Below, in pieces: positions 14,101 to 26,274 of a DNA stretch of 64,000 bases. Every line of letters starts with the position of its first letter. Position 1 is the stretch's first letter. The notes under the pieces are model-generated. The model did not search any database and was not told the DNA's origin. It worked only from the letters and a program-made list of their open reading frames with translations. The translations under genes were made by a program, and so were the position numbers. The stretch covers positions 36,828,001-36,892,000 of the forward strand of contig CM060734.1 of NCBI GenBank assembly GCA_030704615.1. Reading direction: 5' to 3'. The DNA is from Takakia lepidozioides (Eukaryota > Plantae > Bryophyta).

Positions 14101-15980
14101 TTGCTTGTTCCTAATCCGTGAGGGCATAGTCCCATAGGGATATTGACCCTCCTGGAGCCAGTTCTGAGGCTTCAGCCCACTAGGGTATATGAGACTCAAC
14201 CCAAACTAGGCATAACATTTGTACAGCAGATGACAAGCTAGCTAAAGGAAATTGAGTGTCAAGCACATTCACCTCATACTAGATGGGATCTAGTACATTG
14301 CAGCAGGAGCTGTCGGAGCTCTCTAGCTCAAAATAGATGCGGGGGCTGGCTAAGTGGATAGCTGAACTGCCAGGTGTACAGTCGAAGGTAGTGGGTTGTC
14401 CTGTCTATGGAGCAAGAGAGAGAGAGGTACTCACTGCTCGTTCCTTCTAGACATTGGCTGTGCATGGCATTACAAGGATTTCAGTGTTGATGAATGTGGA
14501 GTATCAAGATCATTACAGAAAGCCTAAGATCATTTCAGCACTGCTGCTTTTGCCTTCTGCCACAAGACCATTTGTTGATTGAAAAGGTCAAGAGTGGGAG
14601 AGAGAAGTTAGTTCTGCACACAAAGAACAGAGTGCCATTTTCACTACGTCTGTTACATGAATATTTGGCTTATGCAGTTGGAGATGATATTGCAAGCCCT
14701 CGAGTATGAAACTGGTGAGTTCTGTTTGCCACATTTGAATTCTTCAGTCTTTTCGTCATAGGAATTGAGGCCGCTTTGGCACAAATGGATGTCATTCCTA
14801 AGATGCTAATGACCAACAACCTCAGAGTCCAATAACAACCTGTTGCTCCTTCATTATGGTCTAGGTCCCACACACCTCTGAAGGTTAGTACCAAGCATCA
14901 CATACATGACCTCATTCTTTGCTATATCACTTGAGAGTCTTGATGTGCAATATAATCTACACTATGGTTTGCAGTGTTTCAATGTATATAAATGCTGTGG
15001 AAATGTTGTAGTTCAGTGTGTTATGCCTTCCTCAGGTGTCACCTCCTCTCCTTTGCTAAAAACTACTTTCATCATGTGCCTTCTCCAAGTAACATGGAAA
15101 ATGCTTCAAGATAACACACTTTAGTACAATGGGTCATTTAGGTGGAAACGAATATAAGCACCGTTCACTAGAGGAGAGAGAGAGGAAAACTCTGGTGTAG
15201 CACAATAATGTGCAGATGGCCATGAAACACTTTTATTCATTAAGCTTGTGTGGGGTCATGTATCGGCAGAGCAAGGCAAAGATTTAGAAGACTTCTTTCG
15301 GTCCACAAAAGGTATTTGCCACTTATTTGTCTTAAGAAAATTTCTTTGAAGTTTTCAATCCTCTGTACGAAGTGTTCTAAAAATAATCAGGTTAGGACCT
15401 GGTTTCCTTTAGTGTTTTGTGAAAGGAATCAGAGACCTCTCTGAATGAGAGGATTCTGGCCATTTTGCTGGGGTTTGTAAAACTTTTGTCCCTGAACACG
15501 GAAACATGCCTGAACTTGTTTAACACACCTTAAGGTGGGGTCTGGCTAGATTACTTTGGCCTTTTTTTATCCTTAAATGCCTGTAGAATGTGCTTGTAAT
15601 TCCTTTGGCATACCTGATTTTCTTGACCATGCAAGCATGCCATCAGTGGGGAGAAAGAGAGTTCCTTGCATACGTTTGAAGGATTTGCTGAACAGATACT
15701 TACCTTCTGGGAAATAGGGTTTCAGCCAAGTGGGGAGCAACAAAGAAAAGTGTTCTTCGCACACTTGATTTGTGCCATTACTTTTCAGAACCTGGTCACG
15801 ATGTCATTGGCAGCTCAGCCCTCGACACTGAGGGGGAGGAGATTCAGACAGCACTTCAGTAGGCTAATATGCTTGTGCTGTGGCTGTGCAGGAAAGTTCC
15901 AGACAGATCTAGGAAAGTCATGGGCTGCTGAAATTGTATCTAGACGGAATCAGAGACTACAGGGGCTGTCTTCCCAGTGA
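8191..15980 (+). CDS. HD-domain 5'-deoxynucleotidase, HDDC2/YfbR-like; join(8191..8553,9595..9719,9958..9995,13587..13697,13976..14055,14678..14714,15270..15311,15892..15980), 294 aa
   Basis: Eight phase-compatible GT-AG exons give [55 protein letters not shown] and GKFQT. The N-terminal extension looks like a transit peptide. Confidence 0.93.
10332..13182 (-). mobile_element. 5'-truncated non-LTR retrotransposon (RTE/RTEX-like LINE) in intron 3 of the HD gene
   Basis: RT motifs [38 protein letters not shown] and YTYLG, plus a C-terminal CPLC..H..C knuckle. A perfect 15-bp target-site duplication GGTGTGTAAGAGAGA sits at 10317-10331 and 13183-13197. Lesions: a stop at 12241-12243, a frameshift near 11710 and a 16-bp internal duplication at 13054-13085. 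Confidence 0.93.
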
Positions 15981-17329
15981 TTGCCATTTGGGAGAACCAA
16001 AATAGGTGTATTTTTGGGGTTCAACAAGAGCATGGAGCCGTCTGTTGTAACATACTGGTCATTCTTTTCCACATATTCATGGCCCTCAACATGACTGAAA
16101 TCAATTACCTTGGCCATTAGCTTCTAGAAAAAATAAGAGGAAAATGAAGATTCTTTGTAATCTTTTTGATGCATTGCATACTGGGTTGTGGTTCATGAGT
16201 TGGTTGTCAGTGCCAACAACACTTGGGAGCTATGAACCCTATTTAAAATGCATTGCAAGTTAACTTGGAGAATGTGTACCCTCAACTATTTTACGCCCAG
16301 CCTGTGTTGCCCTGCTTGGGTAATTGGGGGCTACCTTGCATTTTGGTCACAGATTACCTTTGTGTTCTGGCTTGCAATATTGGATTACTGGATGTCACTG
16401 CAACCATTACAGTGTATAAGAGGTTTTCACTGCACCCAAAAAGGTGAACCCGGTTTGTCGGTGATTCCCTCACACTGGGTCAATATGAGGGATGAGGGAA
16501 GCAAAGCTATCATATGACAACAGCAACTAGGGTTGGAGTCGGCTGTTTTCATTGGTTGTTAACACATCCTCCCAGTAGGAAAGTGAGCCCCTGCATGGCA
16601 AGGCAAGAAAAGTGATAGTTGACCCCAGTGGCAGTAGCAGGGCTGAAACCCATTGCACTGGCAGGAAGTTACTGTGAGCACCACACTTCTTGTCCTTAGT
16701 CCTTACCTGGGCTGTCTTGAGATTCACAAAGTCTTAAGGGCCTTCACCAGTAGAGCCACGCACGGCAAACAGGAGAGAAAATACACTGTAACAGTAGCCA
16801 GGATTGCTGTATCATATGTTCCGACCAGCAGTTTCCCATAAAGTCTCATCTGCCATTGAAATTGATTGTATAGAACTCAAGCATTTTTGCCCTGGGTTTA
16901 GGGTTCAGCCGTTCACCATCAAAGATAAGCTGTAAATTGCCTTGCATGAGTAGGGCTGAGTTTCTATGGGCCCCTCAAAGCTTCAAAGATTACAACGGTG
17001 TGAAAGACTTGGCTGGTCCCACGTCTAATGCAAGAACTTAAGCATGAGGCCTCTGTCTTTGCATTGTATTCGGCTCAATTAAGCCCTGGCTGTATCATAT
17101 GTTTCTACCAGTGTTGGACCGGTATATATGATCAGACCTGAGTATTCAGTAAAGGTATGGTTAATGGTATGAAGAATCATAACCTACCGGTATACCGGTA
17201 TGAAAGAACATTATACCCAGGTGCATAACCTACCGGGGTGGATATTGAGTTAAGGATTTGCTCGTCGATACCATACCAGCCTAGGTTGTGGCTATTGTTA
17301 TACTGCCTGCGATACCATTATTGAGGGTT

Positions 17330-17960
17330 GCAAGTGGTGATGGATCTCAGTATATAACTTACAAGTAGGGAGCTGGCGGTAAGGTTGAGCGCCCATGTTG
17401 CACAACAAACTCTCTTCAATGAAATGATTCTGCGCCGAATTGCGAGAATCTCCAAGTTGGGCAACCAGATTGACCTCAACTTAATAATGCGGTCCATTAG
17501 GACTTTTCTTGTTTTATTGTGATTGCCTTTGCAGCCTCTGGTTTGTGCTTCAGAAGCTTCAGAGAAGTTATACCATACCAATGTTCATGTACCCCCAGTA
17601 AGAATAGGCGTATGAATAGGGTCAATCTCAAGCTTCTCTCCTGCAAGCCTCCCTTCCATGATAGAGAATAAAATGCATTTATCATCATGGTTGACCTAGC
17701 ATCAAATGTAACATTCTCATTCACTGACCTCTAAACATAAAACAGAAGAATATCTTTTACCTACTTGATAGACATTGATGACCGACTTCCATGCAGCGTT
17801 GTCTGACCTAAACTCCAATATAGCGATCACACTCCTCATCGCTAGAGTTTTCCTCTTGAACATGGAGCCTGCACCGCACTTGACTGCTAAAATCTGCAAC
17901 ATCTCAGGTTTCTACAAAGACAGTCTGGAAATACTCGAAGGAATTGTTGGACTCATCCAA
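17330..17960 (-). mobile_element. Possible highly degraded LINE reverse-transcriptase C-terminal fragment
   Basis: Broken frames give LEMLQILAVKC..KT..M and DARSTMMINAFYSL..RLTLF, resembling the region after the RT catalytic motif in RTE-type LINEs. No catalytic motif or TSD seen. Confidence 0.3.
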
Positions 17961-18420
17961 GTGATATTCATTCTACAGCATATGCTTGTCGAATGAAATT
18001 ATCATATTAATGACAACGTCCAGTATAGCAATTTTTTAGGATACTGTTAAGTGCGAATCCCTAAAATTTCACTTCGAACTTTTGGTGTCCCTCCGAAAAA
18101 TCCTGCACTGTAACATCGAAAACACAAAAGCGCAAATGTCCCTCTCGGATGCGAAGGGCCCTAATTCGCTTGAGATTCTGCCTCCACGCTGCATGGTGTC
18201 GTGTTGGTACTTGTGCGTGTGCTGGGTTTTCCATTTCCAATTGACGGGCAGGTGGGTTCGTGAGATAAGTAGAGGGGAGTGGAGCAGTTTGGAGCCTGCG
18301 GAGATGGGAGCAAAGATCAGAGCTGTTGTCTGAATGTTGCCGATTGTCGCCTTTGTATGTTGGCAGGCAGGGAAGACAGCAGCATCGGCAAGGGCCCTTG
18401 GGGATTGAAAGCTGAGAGCA

Positions 18421-19260
18421 ATGGATGACGGGGAGATGGATTTCACAGATCATGACGTGTTTGCAGGATGCAATCTGTGTGACTTTCCTTCAACCCCTTC
18501 GATTACGGGATCCATGGAAAGCTTTTTGGACGATCTCTTGAAAAGCACGCACACCTGCACACATACACATACATGCAACCCTCCTGGGCCTGACAACACA
18601 CACACTCATACTTGCTATCACACTCACACCCAGCTCTTTGCAACTGGGGACGAGGAGGACTCAGCCGACAAGTCTGAGTCTCAGTCCGAGCCTACAACAG
18701 GCAACTCAAGCAAGAAACGGCCACTGGGGAACAGAGAAGCCGTGAGGAAGTATAGGGAGAAGAAAAAAGCCCACACCGCCTATTTGGAGGAGCAAGTGAG
18801 TCATCTCCGAGCCTTGAATCAGCAGCTGGTGAAAAGATTGCAGGGCCAAGCATCGTTGGAAACAGAGGTGGTGAGACTGAGATCGCTTCTTTCGGAGTTT
18901 CGGGGGAGAATTGATGCAGAGATCGGCTCTTTCCCGGCAAATAAACCATGCCCCAATCCTTTAAGACAACCAATTGGAGGCGATTCTCTTGTTCAGCCGC
19001 TGGCTGGAGGTTACTGTCTAAATACGGTGACTATTCCCTGCGTAACTGATGTACCTTGTCTACACGCATCAGCGTCTTCCCAGAGAAGAACGAGTGAGCA
19101 CAATTTGGATACCCTTAAGTGGCAGGGAGGCCATGATTTGGGTAACGGTGACAGCCTGGGAGGTCGGTCTGAGTCCACAGTGTCACTTGAAGCTGAGATG
19201 ACTTTGATAAGTGAAGGTGCACAGACTGCGGCTGTTGCAGCTTATAGGAAGCCACAGTGA
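18421..19260 (+). CDS. F-group bZIP transcription factor (bZIP19/bZIP23-like zinc-deficiency regulator), intronless, 279 aa
   Basis: MDDGE start, the Cys/His zinc-sensor motifs CTHTHTCNPPGPDNTHTHTCYHTHT, the basic region KKRPLGNREAVRKYREKKKA, a leucine zipper and RGRIDAEIGSFP. Confidence 0.95.
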   Translation: MDDGEMDFTDHDVFAGCNLCDFPSTPSITGSMESFLDDLLKSTHTCTHTHTCNPPGPDNTHTHTCYHTHTQLFATGDEEDSADKSESQSEPTTGNSSKKRPLGNREAVRKYREKKKAHTAYLEEQVSHLRALNQQLVKRLQGQASLETEVVRLRSLLSEFRGRIDAEIGSFPANKPCPNPLRQPIGGDSLVQPLAGGYCLNTVTIPCVTDVPCLHASASSQRRTSEHNLDTLKWQGGHDLGNGDSLGGRSESTVSLEAEMTLISEGAQTAAVAAYRKPQ

Positions 19261-19729
19261 CGGAGTTGTTTCCAGAGTGTGAAGGATAAATTATCTACGC
19301 TTCCAGGCCAACCTTCCTGGAGGAGATTAGAGCTTTTGAGGAATGTTTATATGTCGTTAGCTTGCGAAACCAAAGAATATGGTGGTGAATCCTGGGGAAG
19401 TTTTGCTGTGACTGCCATCCACGATTACCACGAATGTAGGTCCGTGAAGGCATCTTACACTTGGAACCAGTGGAACATGTAGAAAACTCTCTCTGAGCTG
19501 ATGGTTGAGCAGCAGTTTCTAGAGAATTTGGCTTAGATCAACTTTTACAAGTATGTAAGGTGTTGTATCTGGACTCGTTGAAATGCATAGTGCTCATACT
19601 CTATCTCTGTTGAGTCTGAACTTTCAGGGTTGCTTGCATCCTATGTTACTCTTCTCCTATTCAGTCTTTTGGGGTTTTGTGAATGAGATGAAGTTATGGT
19701 GAATGGCACAGTAGCACTCTAGCACTCCA

Positions 19730-20350
19730 TGTGCTTTGAAGTCTCATACCATCTCCAACCTCATATGTCCCCTAATGAGGCCAAGGGTTTTGGTTGGCCT
19801 GATACAAGTATACTGGCAGAAACTGGGAGACATTTGGGTTCTCTATTCTTAAGTTTATTAGACCCTGTGAGCTTGGTGGATTAGCATTACCTATTGACCT
19901 TTCCTAGTCTTAGTGTTCATGCTGCGGTGGGGTACTCAATGAATTTCCTCTGGCAGAAAAATTAAATGGGACTCTATTTCATACTGTTCAATCCTAATAT
20001 GTTGGGGTAAGTCATCTCTGAGACCAGCCCTGTTTTCATTTCCCTGGATGTATCTTGCACTTGTTCAGCTTGAAGCTTTTGAAGAGCTAAAATGTGGTGC
20101 TTCCTTTGAATGGTGCAACAGATGAAATATTCATGAGAGGTGACGATGATCAGGATGGTCTGACTGGAGTGGTTTGGGGTTTTCTTGGCAGATCACCCAG
20201 AGAAGGGAGGGTGAACGATGGTGTAAAAGAATCAGACTCAATGGCTGACCAAACTTATCAAATTGCAGAAAAGACTTCAAATATGGGTGGCTTGACGAAG
20301 GGGATGTTGCTGTGATTTTTCCCATCAAGAGATTGTGCTTTCCAAACAGC
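19730..20350 (+). pseudogene. Ghost duplicate of HD-gene intron 1 end plus exon 2
   Basis: 20192-20268 reads GRVNDGVKESDSMADQTYQIA against exon 2 [21 protein letters not shown]. Collinear intron blocks also match (19733-19773 with 9295-9332; 19830-19850 with 9383-9402). Confidence 0.75.
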
Positions 20351-22483
20351 CTTACCCCTCCCACGGTCCATCCTTGGAAGTCAACCTTGCTGCTTTCCAG
20401 GTCAGTTTTCCTTGCAAGCTTCAGCTCTGCACTGGCTGATTTTCTTGCATTATTTGAGTTCTGAGCACTTAGCTCTATACTCTTTGACCTGATTTGTATT
20501 TGTGCTTTCCTGCAGACCTTTATGGCCCTACCATAGTGCTCCTTCAGCCCTTTATTTGAGGTCATGGTACTTGCATCAAAAAACATTATCCCCACGTTAG
20601 TATGGAATTGAATTTCTTTGTCTTGATACAGTGTCGTCTCTTTTGCGGACTTTTACAGTCCAATCTTGAATCGCTTTACAATGGCACTTAGACGGATGTC
20701 TTTGCATAGTGATTGCCTAGTATATTGATACATTTTATCCTTATGTGAGATCTTCCAAACGTGTCCGTGTAGGTTTGGAATCGGCAAACATGTTCCGATA
20801 GGCTCGGAAGGCGACTATTGGGGTTTGAACAATGCTAGCTCCCTAGGGTTTTTGAATCTTTTCAATACAGCTGCTTGCTGCAGTAATGCATTCCTCTGTT
20901 TGTCATCGATCTCTCTCGCTTTGGCAGCTTCGCCTACCTTCTCACTTCCCAGAGTTTTACGTGTTGTTTCTTTTTCACTCCATTCTCGACATCCAACGAA
21001 AGTTTGATCTGGGTTAGTTAGTTTGATCTGCATTTCTTGTAAAACAACTACGACAATATCTTATCTTTGCTCTACTACACCTCTCCACCTGGCGGCTGCT
21101 CATCGGCTCATTAGAAGACATGGATGCAGGTTGCAAATGATAGCCAGGGATTGCTCAATGTTTCCTCCATAGCAGATCAGATTGAAGTGAGCCCTGAAAC
21201 CCTCACTTTGGGAAAATCGGAGCCTATGACATACTGACTACTGCGACAAAACTATTGCAATGGAACTCCGAAGTGACAGGAAGATCCAAAGAGTTTGTTG
21301 TCCCTATAGATAGAATAGCCAACAATGGCAAATAGGTGCGTTACTATGATCTGAGGTGTCTATACGTTAGTCCTATGCGAGCAAGATTTGTATGAGATGG
21401 AATAGATAGAGGAGGACATCAATCGGAGCAAGTGTAACTTATGGTGTCATTTCATCCTGAACGGCTACTGGACACCTTCTAACGGCCATAACCAGGGCAA
21501 CTCGGTTGCTCAAACCTCTCCAAAGTCTCTAGGTACTCGCACATTAGAGTGTTTGTGCACCTCCTTGGGGCAAAACTTTCTTTTCCACTAGGTTTCCAGA
21601 GCTTACTTTCGTATTCCAGGTTCACATATCTCAACATGCATTTTAGTTCTAGTGCATATCAATGTCTAACCAATAGGTAGCCTACATTCTGAATTTTTAA
21701 GTGGGAAGTCACTGTCTGGGCTCCATCCTTTTTCCAAAAAAACAAAAACAAAACAAAACAGAGAAAAAAAAACAGAGGGCATGTGGCATGTGTGCAATGT
21801 GTGCCACTGGTTCTAATCCTGCTAACTTACTCAGTCCTGTGGGTATGATTTGTTTCGAGACCGGGTGGTCTGGTGGTGATGCTTCCCTCCCCAAGGTCTT
21901 ATCTGAATGGGGGTTAATTTTCCCTCTCCTCAAGGGCCTGAATTGTGATCAGTCAGTCACTCGGGCCAGGTTTCCTTTTCAGAAAATTTATATTAAAATA
22001 ATAATAATAATAATAATGTTTAAAAAAACAGAAATAAAATAAAACATTGATATCTTTTTTCCAGAAAATAAACAGTGAGATATGATGGTCAATTAATTAT
22101 TTGAACTCTCCAAATTTTAATATAGAATTTATATTTTGTATTGATAGAAAGATCTTCCTGGTGAGGTCCCATGAGCCTTCGGAGGCCAGTGTTTATTTTT
22201 TCATATTTCCGCAGGCGGGGCCACATGTGAATTCTACCCAGTGCCCATGTGGAGAATATTTAGGTGACAGAGTTAGAAAAGTGGCCATATTCCAGGTGGC
22301 ACGTTTTTAAGTAGTCAAGATTAGGCTCCTGAAAATTATCTGCTGGTGCTTTTTGGCGAAAATCTCGGATTTTACCCCCCCCCCCCCCCCCCCCCCCAAT
22401 AATTCCTTTGTACAAGTAGCTGACCGAGTTTCCAGGTCGAAATCTGGCGATTTTTGGACTCTCATGGCAAGGTGACTTTGAAA

Positions 22484-22705
22484 GAGATACCACCAGTCGG
22501 TAGGTAAGTTGGATAGAGCACGAAGTGCCACGCAGGTGATTATGGGTTCAAATCCAGCTACCTTGTCGGGTGTGGTGGTATCCCTAGAGCCTTGTGTTTG
22601 GCGCCTCACGGCAAGGTTACTATGAAAGAGGTTATTTTCTCCTCTTACTGTCATTTAGGGGCCTGATCTGTGAGCAGGTCGCTCCTTGGTATTTCCCTTT
22701 ATAAG
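22484..22705 (+). mobile_element. tRNA-derived SINE, copy 1
   Basis: Box A-like TAGGTAAGTTGG, a TGCCAC loop and box B GGTTCAAATCC. The body (AAAGAGGTTATTTTCTCCTCT..AGGGGCCTGAT..TTTCCCTT) is shared with copies 2 and 3. Confidence 0.8.
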
Positions 22706-23840
22706 TAAACAAGCGGCTCGTCGCGTAATGGCTCCTCCTTATGGTGAGTACCTATTAGTGTATTATGATGATGATATATGTTTGTAGCAAGGAATGTAAT
22801 TAGGTAATCTAAAGGCAATAAATATAGGTTTATAGTCCGTCCACTAATGTCAGGTATGCAGCATTTGTCTAAACATGGTCTAGTTGAGATCCATAAATAG
22901 TAGTACCGATTGAGAATTAGAGTTGCATGTGAAAAGAAGACAATGAATTTTTGCAATTGATTTGTTGTTACGGTATTACTTTGGTAAAAGATCTACATTA
23001 AAATCCCTTATTATTATAGTTGGACATGTATGTGGGAAATTATCAATGAGCTTTTTGAGAGAATATAAGAAAATAGTTAATTGTAGTGTTGGAGGTTTAT
23101 AGACCGCAATTATGTGAATTATTTTCCTGGTATTCAAATTAAATGTTGCAGCTATATATTCAGATTCCTGCTTGGTTGCTATTTTTTTAAAGGGAAACAC
23201 CTGGGAGCGACAACTCACAAATCAGGCCCCTTAGTAGTGAGAGGAGAAAATAACCTCTTTCATTTATGCGCCATGGAGGCGAATGAGTGGGACACCGCCC
23301 AGGAACCATACCATTCCGTAGTAAGATTTGACCCCAGAATCATCTGGGTGGCACTCAGTGCACTTAACCATCTAAGCTACTGACTGTTGGTGCTATTTTA
23401 ACATGTGTGAGAATATTTTTACATGCACTTTTTAAAAATATTGTTGGTTTTTTCAGTCGACTTCGTAAAAAATTTATATATGTGTCCATTTCTAAACTAA
23501 ATAATACAAGTTTGTTGAATGAAATATTTGTATGAACATCCATTTTATTTAGTGTATCAAATATATCGTTTGTTATCTTTGCATATCGTCTTGTATCATT
23601 GTCATCTAAGCTCCATCTAAGTCTTGTTGAAAAGGTTCTAAAATCAAAGTTAAATGCATAGGAGATAATGGATAATGAAAACGACATAATGCATACCCTG
23701 GATTCGATGTCTATACATGTGCAAGTTGATTTTGCGCATTGCGGCGGTTCAGAACTTCTCATTGGTTTTGCACTCATTCTGGCAACCGTGCTATGAATGC
23801 AATGTCTGGGCCCACGTGCCTGAAAACATTTCTCCAACCA
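22706..23840 (-). mobile_element. Internally deleted endonuclease-encoding Helitron (Helentron-like) remnant
   Basis: A Rep-like segment YINFLRSRLKKPTIFLK is joined to an APE-type endonuclease segment IIAVYKPP..IIIRDFNVDL..TTIYGSQLDHV..WTDYKPIFIAF, interrupted by SINE copy 2. The 5' limit is uncertain. Confidence 0.65.
23186..23390 (-). mobile_element. tRNA-derived SINE, copy 2, inserted in the Helitron remnant
   Basis: The reverse complement begins CCAACAGTCAGTAGCTTAGATGG..TGCCAC..GGGTCAAATC. It is flanked by the direct repeat TGCTATTTT at 23177-23185 and 23391-23399. Confidence 0.85.
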
Positions 23841-24451
23841 TTGTATCCCAGATTTTCCAGCTCAGCCGACTTTTGCACTGGATGTGGGCAGGCACATAGC
23901 TGCTTCACACCTGTTTTAACAACTGTTTACACAACTGTTCTTCAAAGACTCTTTGACTGTCTGTCAGGTATTAATGAACGAAATCCACGGAAGTCGTTGG
24001 CCTCTCCACTTTCGAGCTCCGTCTAGCTCGGAATTATTCGTCTTTCACCATGGGTTCATCTGAAGCGGAGTTTTACTCTGTGGAGAAGCCTGTCCCTTTC
24101 TCGAAGGATGCTGATTCCAATGGTTACGCAATTGCGCAGGAACATCTCCTAGCAACGCGTTTTGAGTACCAAATTGGCACTATTTTCCTCGAAAGAGGGT
24201 TTTACGATGTCCATGGAAAGTTGATCAAGTACTCATTCAGAAGCCGGATGAAAATTCTGTTGTGAGTCAGTGGAGAGTGCCTCCAGGAAGATACAGGGTC
24301 ATCGGAGCTCCTCGACGGCAGTCCACTGGTTCGTATGTCTCCCCGGGAACAGCTGGTTCTGTTGCTCAAGAGAAAATGAATATCGTCGTGAAGACGGAGA
24401 CCACTACTTCCACCCCAATAGTTGAGCTCTCATACTCCTCCTCCGAGGTGT

Positions 24452-25085
24452 ACCTAGAATAGATGCGGCCTAGAATAGCTATTAGATATTCTAGATGCCT
24501 AGAATAGATGCGGCTTACAATAGCTATTTCAGAAGTCTTGAGAGAACAGACATCCCTCGGTATGAGACATATCTCGGAAGGAGACATCTAGTAGGTATAT
24601 ATATTGGGCTGAGGGGAGAGGCAAACAATCTGTGTGTCTTTGTGCAAACCTCTATGGTTGGGATGAGAACTCCTTTGTAATAGAGTCATATATTGTTTCA
24701 TCCTTGCATCTTCAGAAGTATATGTGTGTTTTCTTGACATGGTATCAGAGCGGGTTTTACATAAGAAACCATCAGAACTAGATGTTGATGCATTAGAACA
24801 GTAGGAGGATCTTGATCAGAAAGCTCTTGCAACTATTTTCTTTGCATGTGAGTGATTCATTGTTTGGGCAAGTGAGTAAGCTTGAGACATCTTGTGAAGC
24901 TTGGGAATTCCTAGTTAGGATGTATGAGCCCAAGAATGGAAATGTGTTGTTGCAGTTGCGACAACATTTTTTCACTCTTAAGATGAGTGATGGAGATTCC
25001 ATTGCTTCTCACATAGTCCCATAGTCAAGATGCGAACTTTACTGGATTAGATTGCAGCGACAGGGTCAGAGATTTCAGAGTTAGA
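24452..25085 (+). mobile_element. Ty1/Copia 5' fragment: partial LTR, PBS and degenerate gag
   Basis: The LTR-like sequence ends in ..GACA at 24739, followed directly by the tRNA-iMet PBS TGGTATCAGAGC (24740-24751). A UBN2-type gag follows: AWEFLVRMYE..LLQLRQHFFTLKMSDGDSIASHI. Confidence 0.85.
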
Positions 25086-26274
25086 CACAGGGCGAAGCAC
25101 ACCACGGTGCATACAAGTTGTTTGTGTCGATGAATATAGGTCATCATGAGTTAGAATTGTCAATTATAAATGATATTATATTATATATATACAATAATAA
25201 TAATAATAATCTTAAGAGTATATCAAATATTAAAAAATGATTTTGGAATATTAATGTTAGTAGATGTGAAATGGTATATAAACTGATGGATCTAAAGGAC
25301 CTGAAGGGATCTAAGATCTGAAGAAAACTAGAGGTCTTGAAAAGTTGAAAACATATGTATATTACTATGTAGATTGAAAAATCCTTTAATAATTAAATAT
25401 CTAAATTAACATAAATACCTACATTCATTTACATATAGATATATAGCAAATTAAAGAAGAATTGGAGATTGATAAATATGAGAATTTTTATATAGAGTAA
25501 ATATATTGATTAATTACCGTATGTTTCAATGATATACAATAATTTTAAGAAATAACACGACAAAATGAGTTTATAGTATATAAGATAATTGTATTAACTT
25601 CTAAAGATTGAAAATATAAATACGATAAAAAACAATACGATCAAGACTTAATATATTGCACACCGACAAGACCGACAAATATTTCTGCACAGCCCCACCC
25701 CCCCAAAATTCCGGATGGTCATGTGTCAAGGAAACGTCACAGATTACAGCAGTCAGCGGCGGTCGTGTCCGACGATGAAAGAACAACATCTGGCGTTCTG
25801 TTATCCCTTCAACATTCACCTGCCTCTAGTGACCCGCCTCAGAATCGAAAGATAAATCTATCAAAGGTAATAAGTATCTCCTTCACCTCGTCATCTGTCT
25901 TATTGTTTCTGGCTTCCTAGTAATCATTACATATATCATTTACATTGTCGACACTACTTGACACACATGAACCTCACGCGATTGCGCGTGGTTGCAGGAT
26001 ACTCAGAGACTCCCGATTGTGCTTGTTTGTCTCAAGTCACAATCCGGTGTCGTAATGCTGAGTCAGGACCCCTTTTGCAAAATATTACATTTGGGAGTCA
26101 GGATTATAGACACTAGGTATACCACAAAATGCAAGTATGTCGTAGCATTTTTTGAGTTGCAAGAAATACTGGAAATAATTTATTTTTGGGTCAGATAACA
26201 TAAACTAATGGGCTCTTTGGGATGGTTCAGAACGTTGTTACTCAAGTGGTGTCCGAAGTTACCAATGTGTGGTG

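Noticed and set aside
17109-17285. GGTAT/ATACC-rich stretch, possible MITE
   Set aside because: The terminal inverted repeats are too weak and no TSD was found.
20815-21033. TNPDQTFVGCREW, reminiscent of a GRF zinc finger
   Set aside because: The other Cys ligands are not in frame, and the match is too short to support.
22494-22570. tRNA gene
   Set aside because: No proper acceptor stem, and it continues into a body shared with two other copies, so it is called a SINE head.
25945-25954. Near-ZDRE TTGTCGACAC
   Set aside because: It lies within transposon debris, far from any intact gene start.
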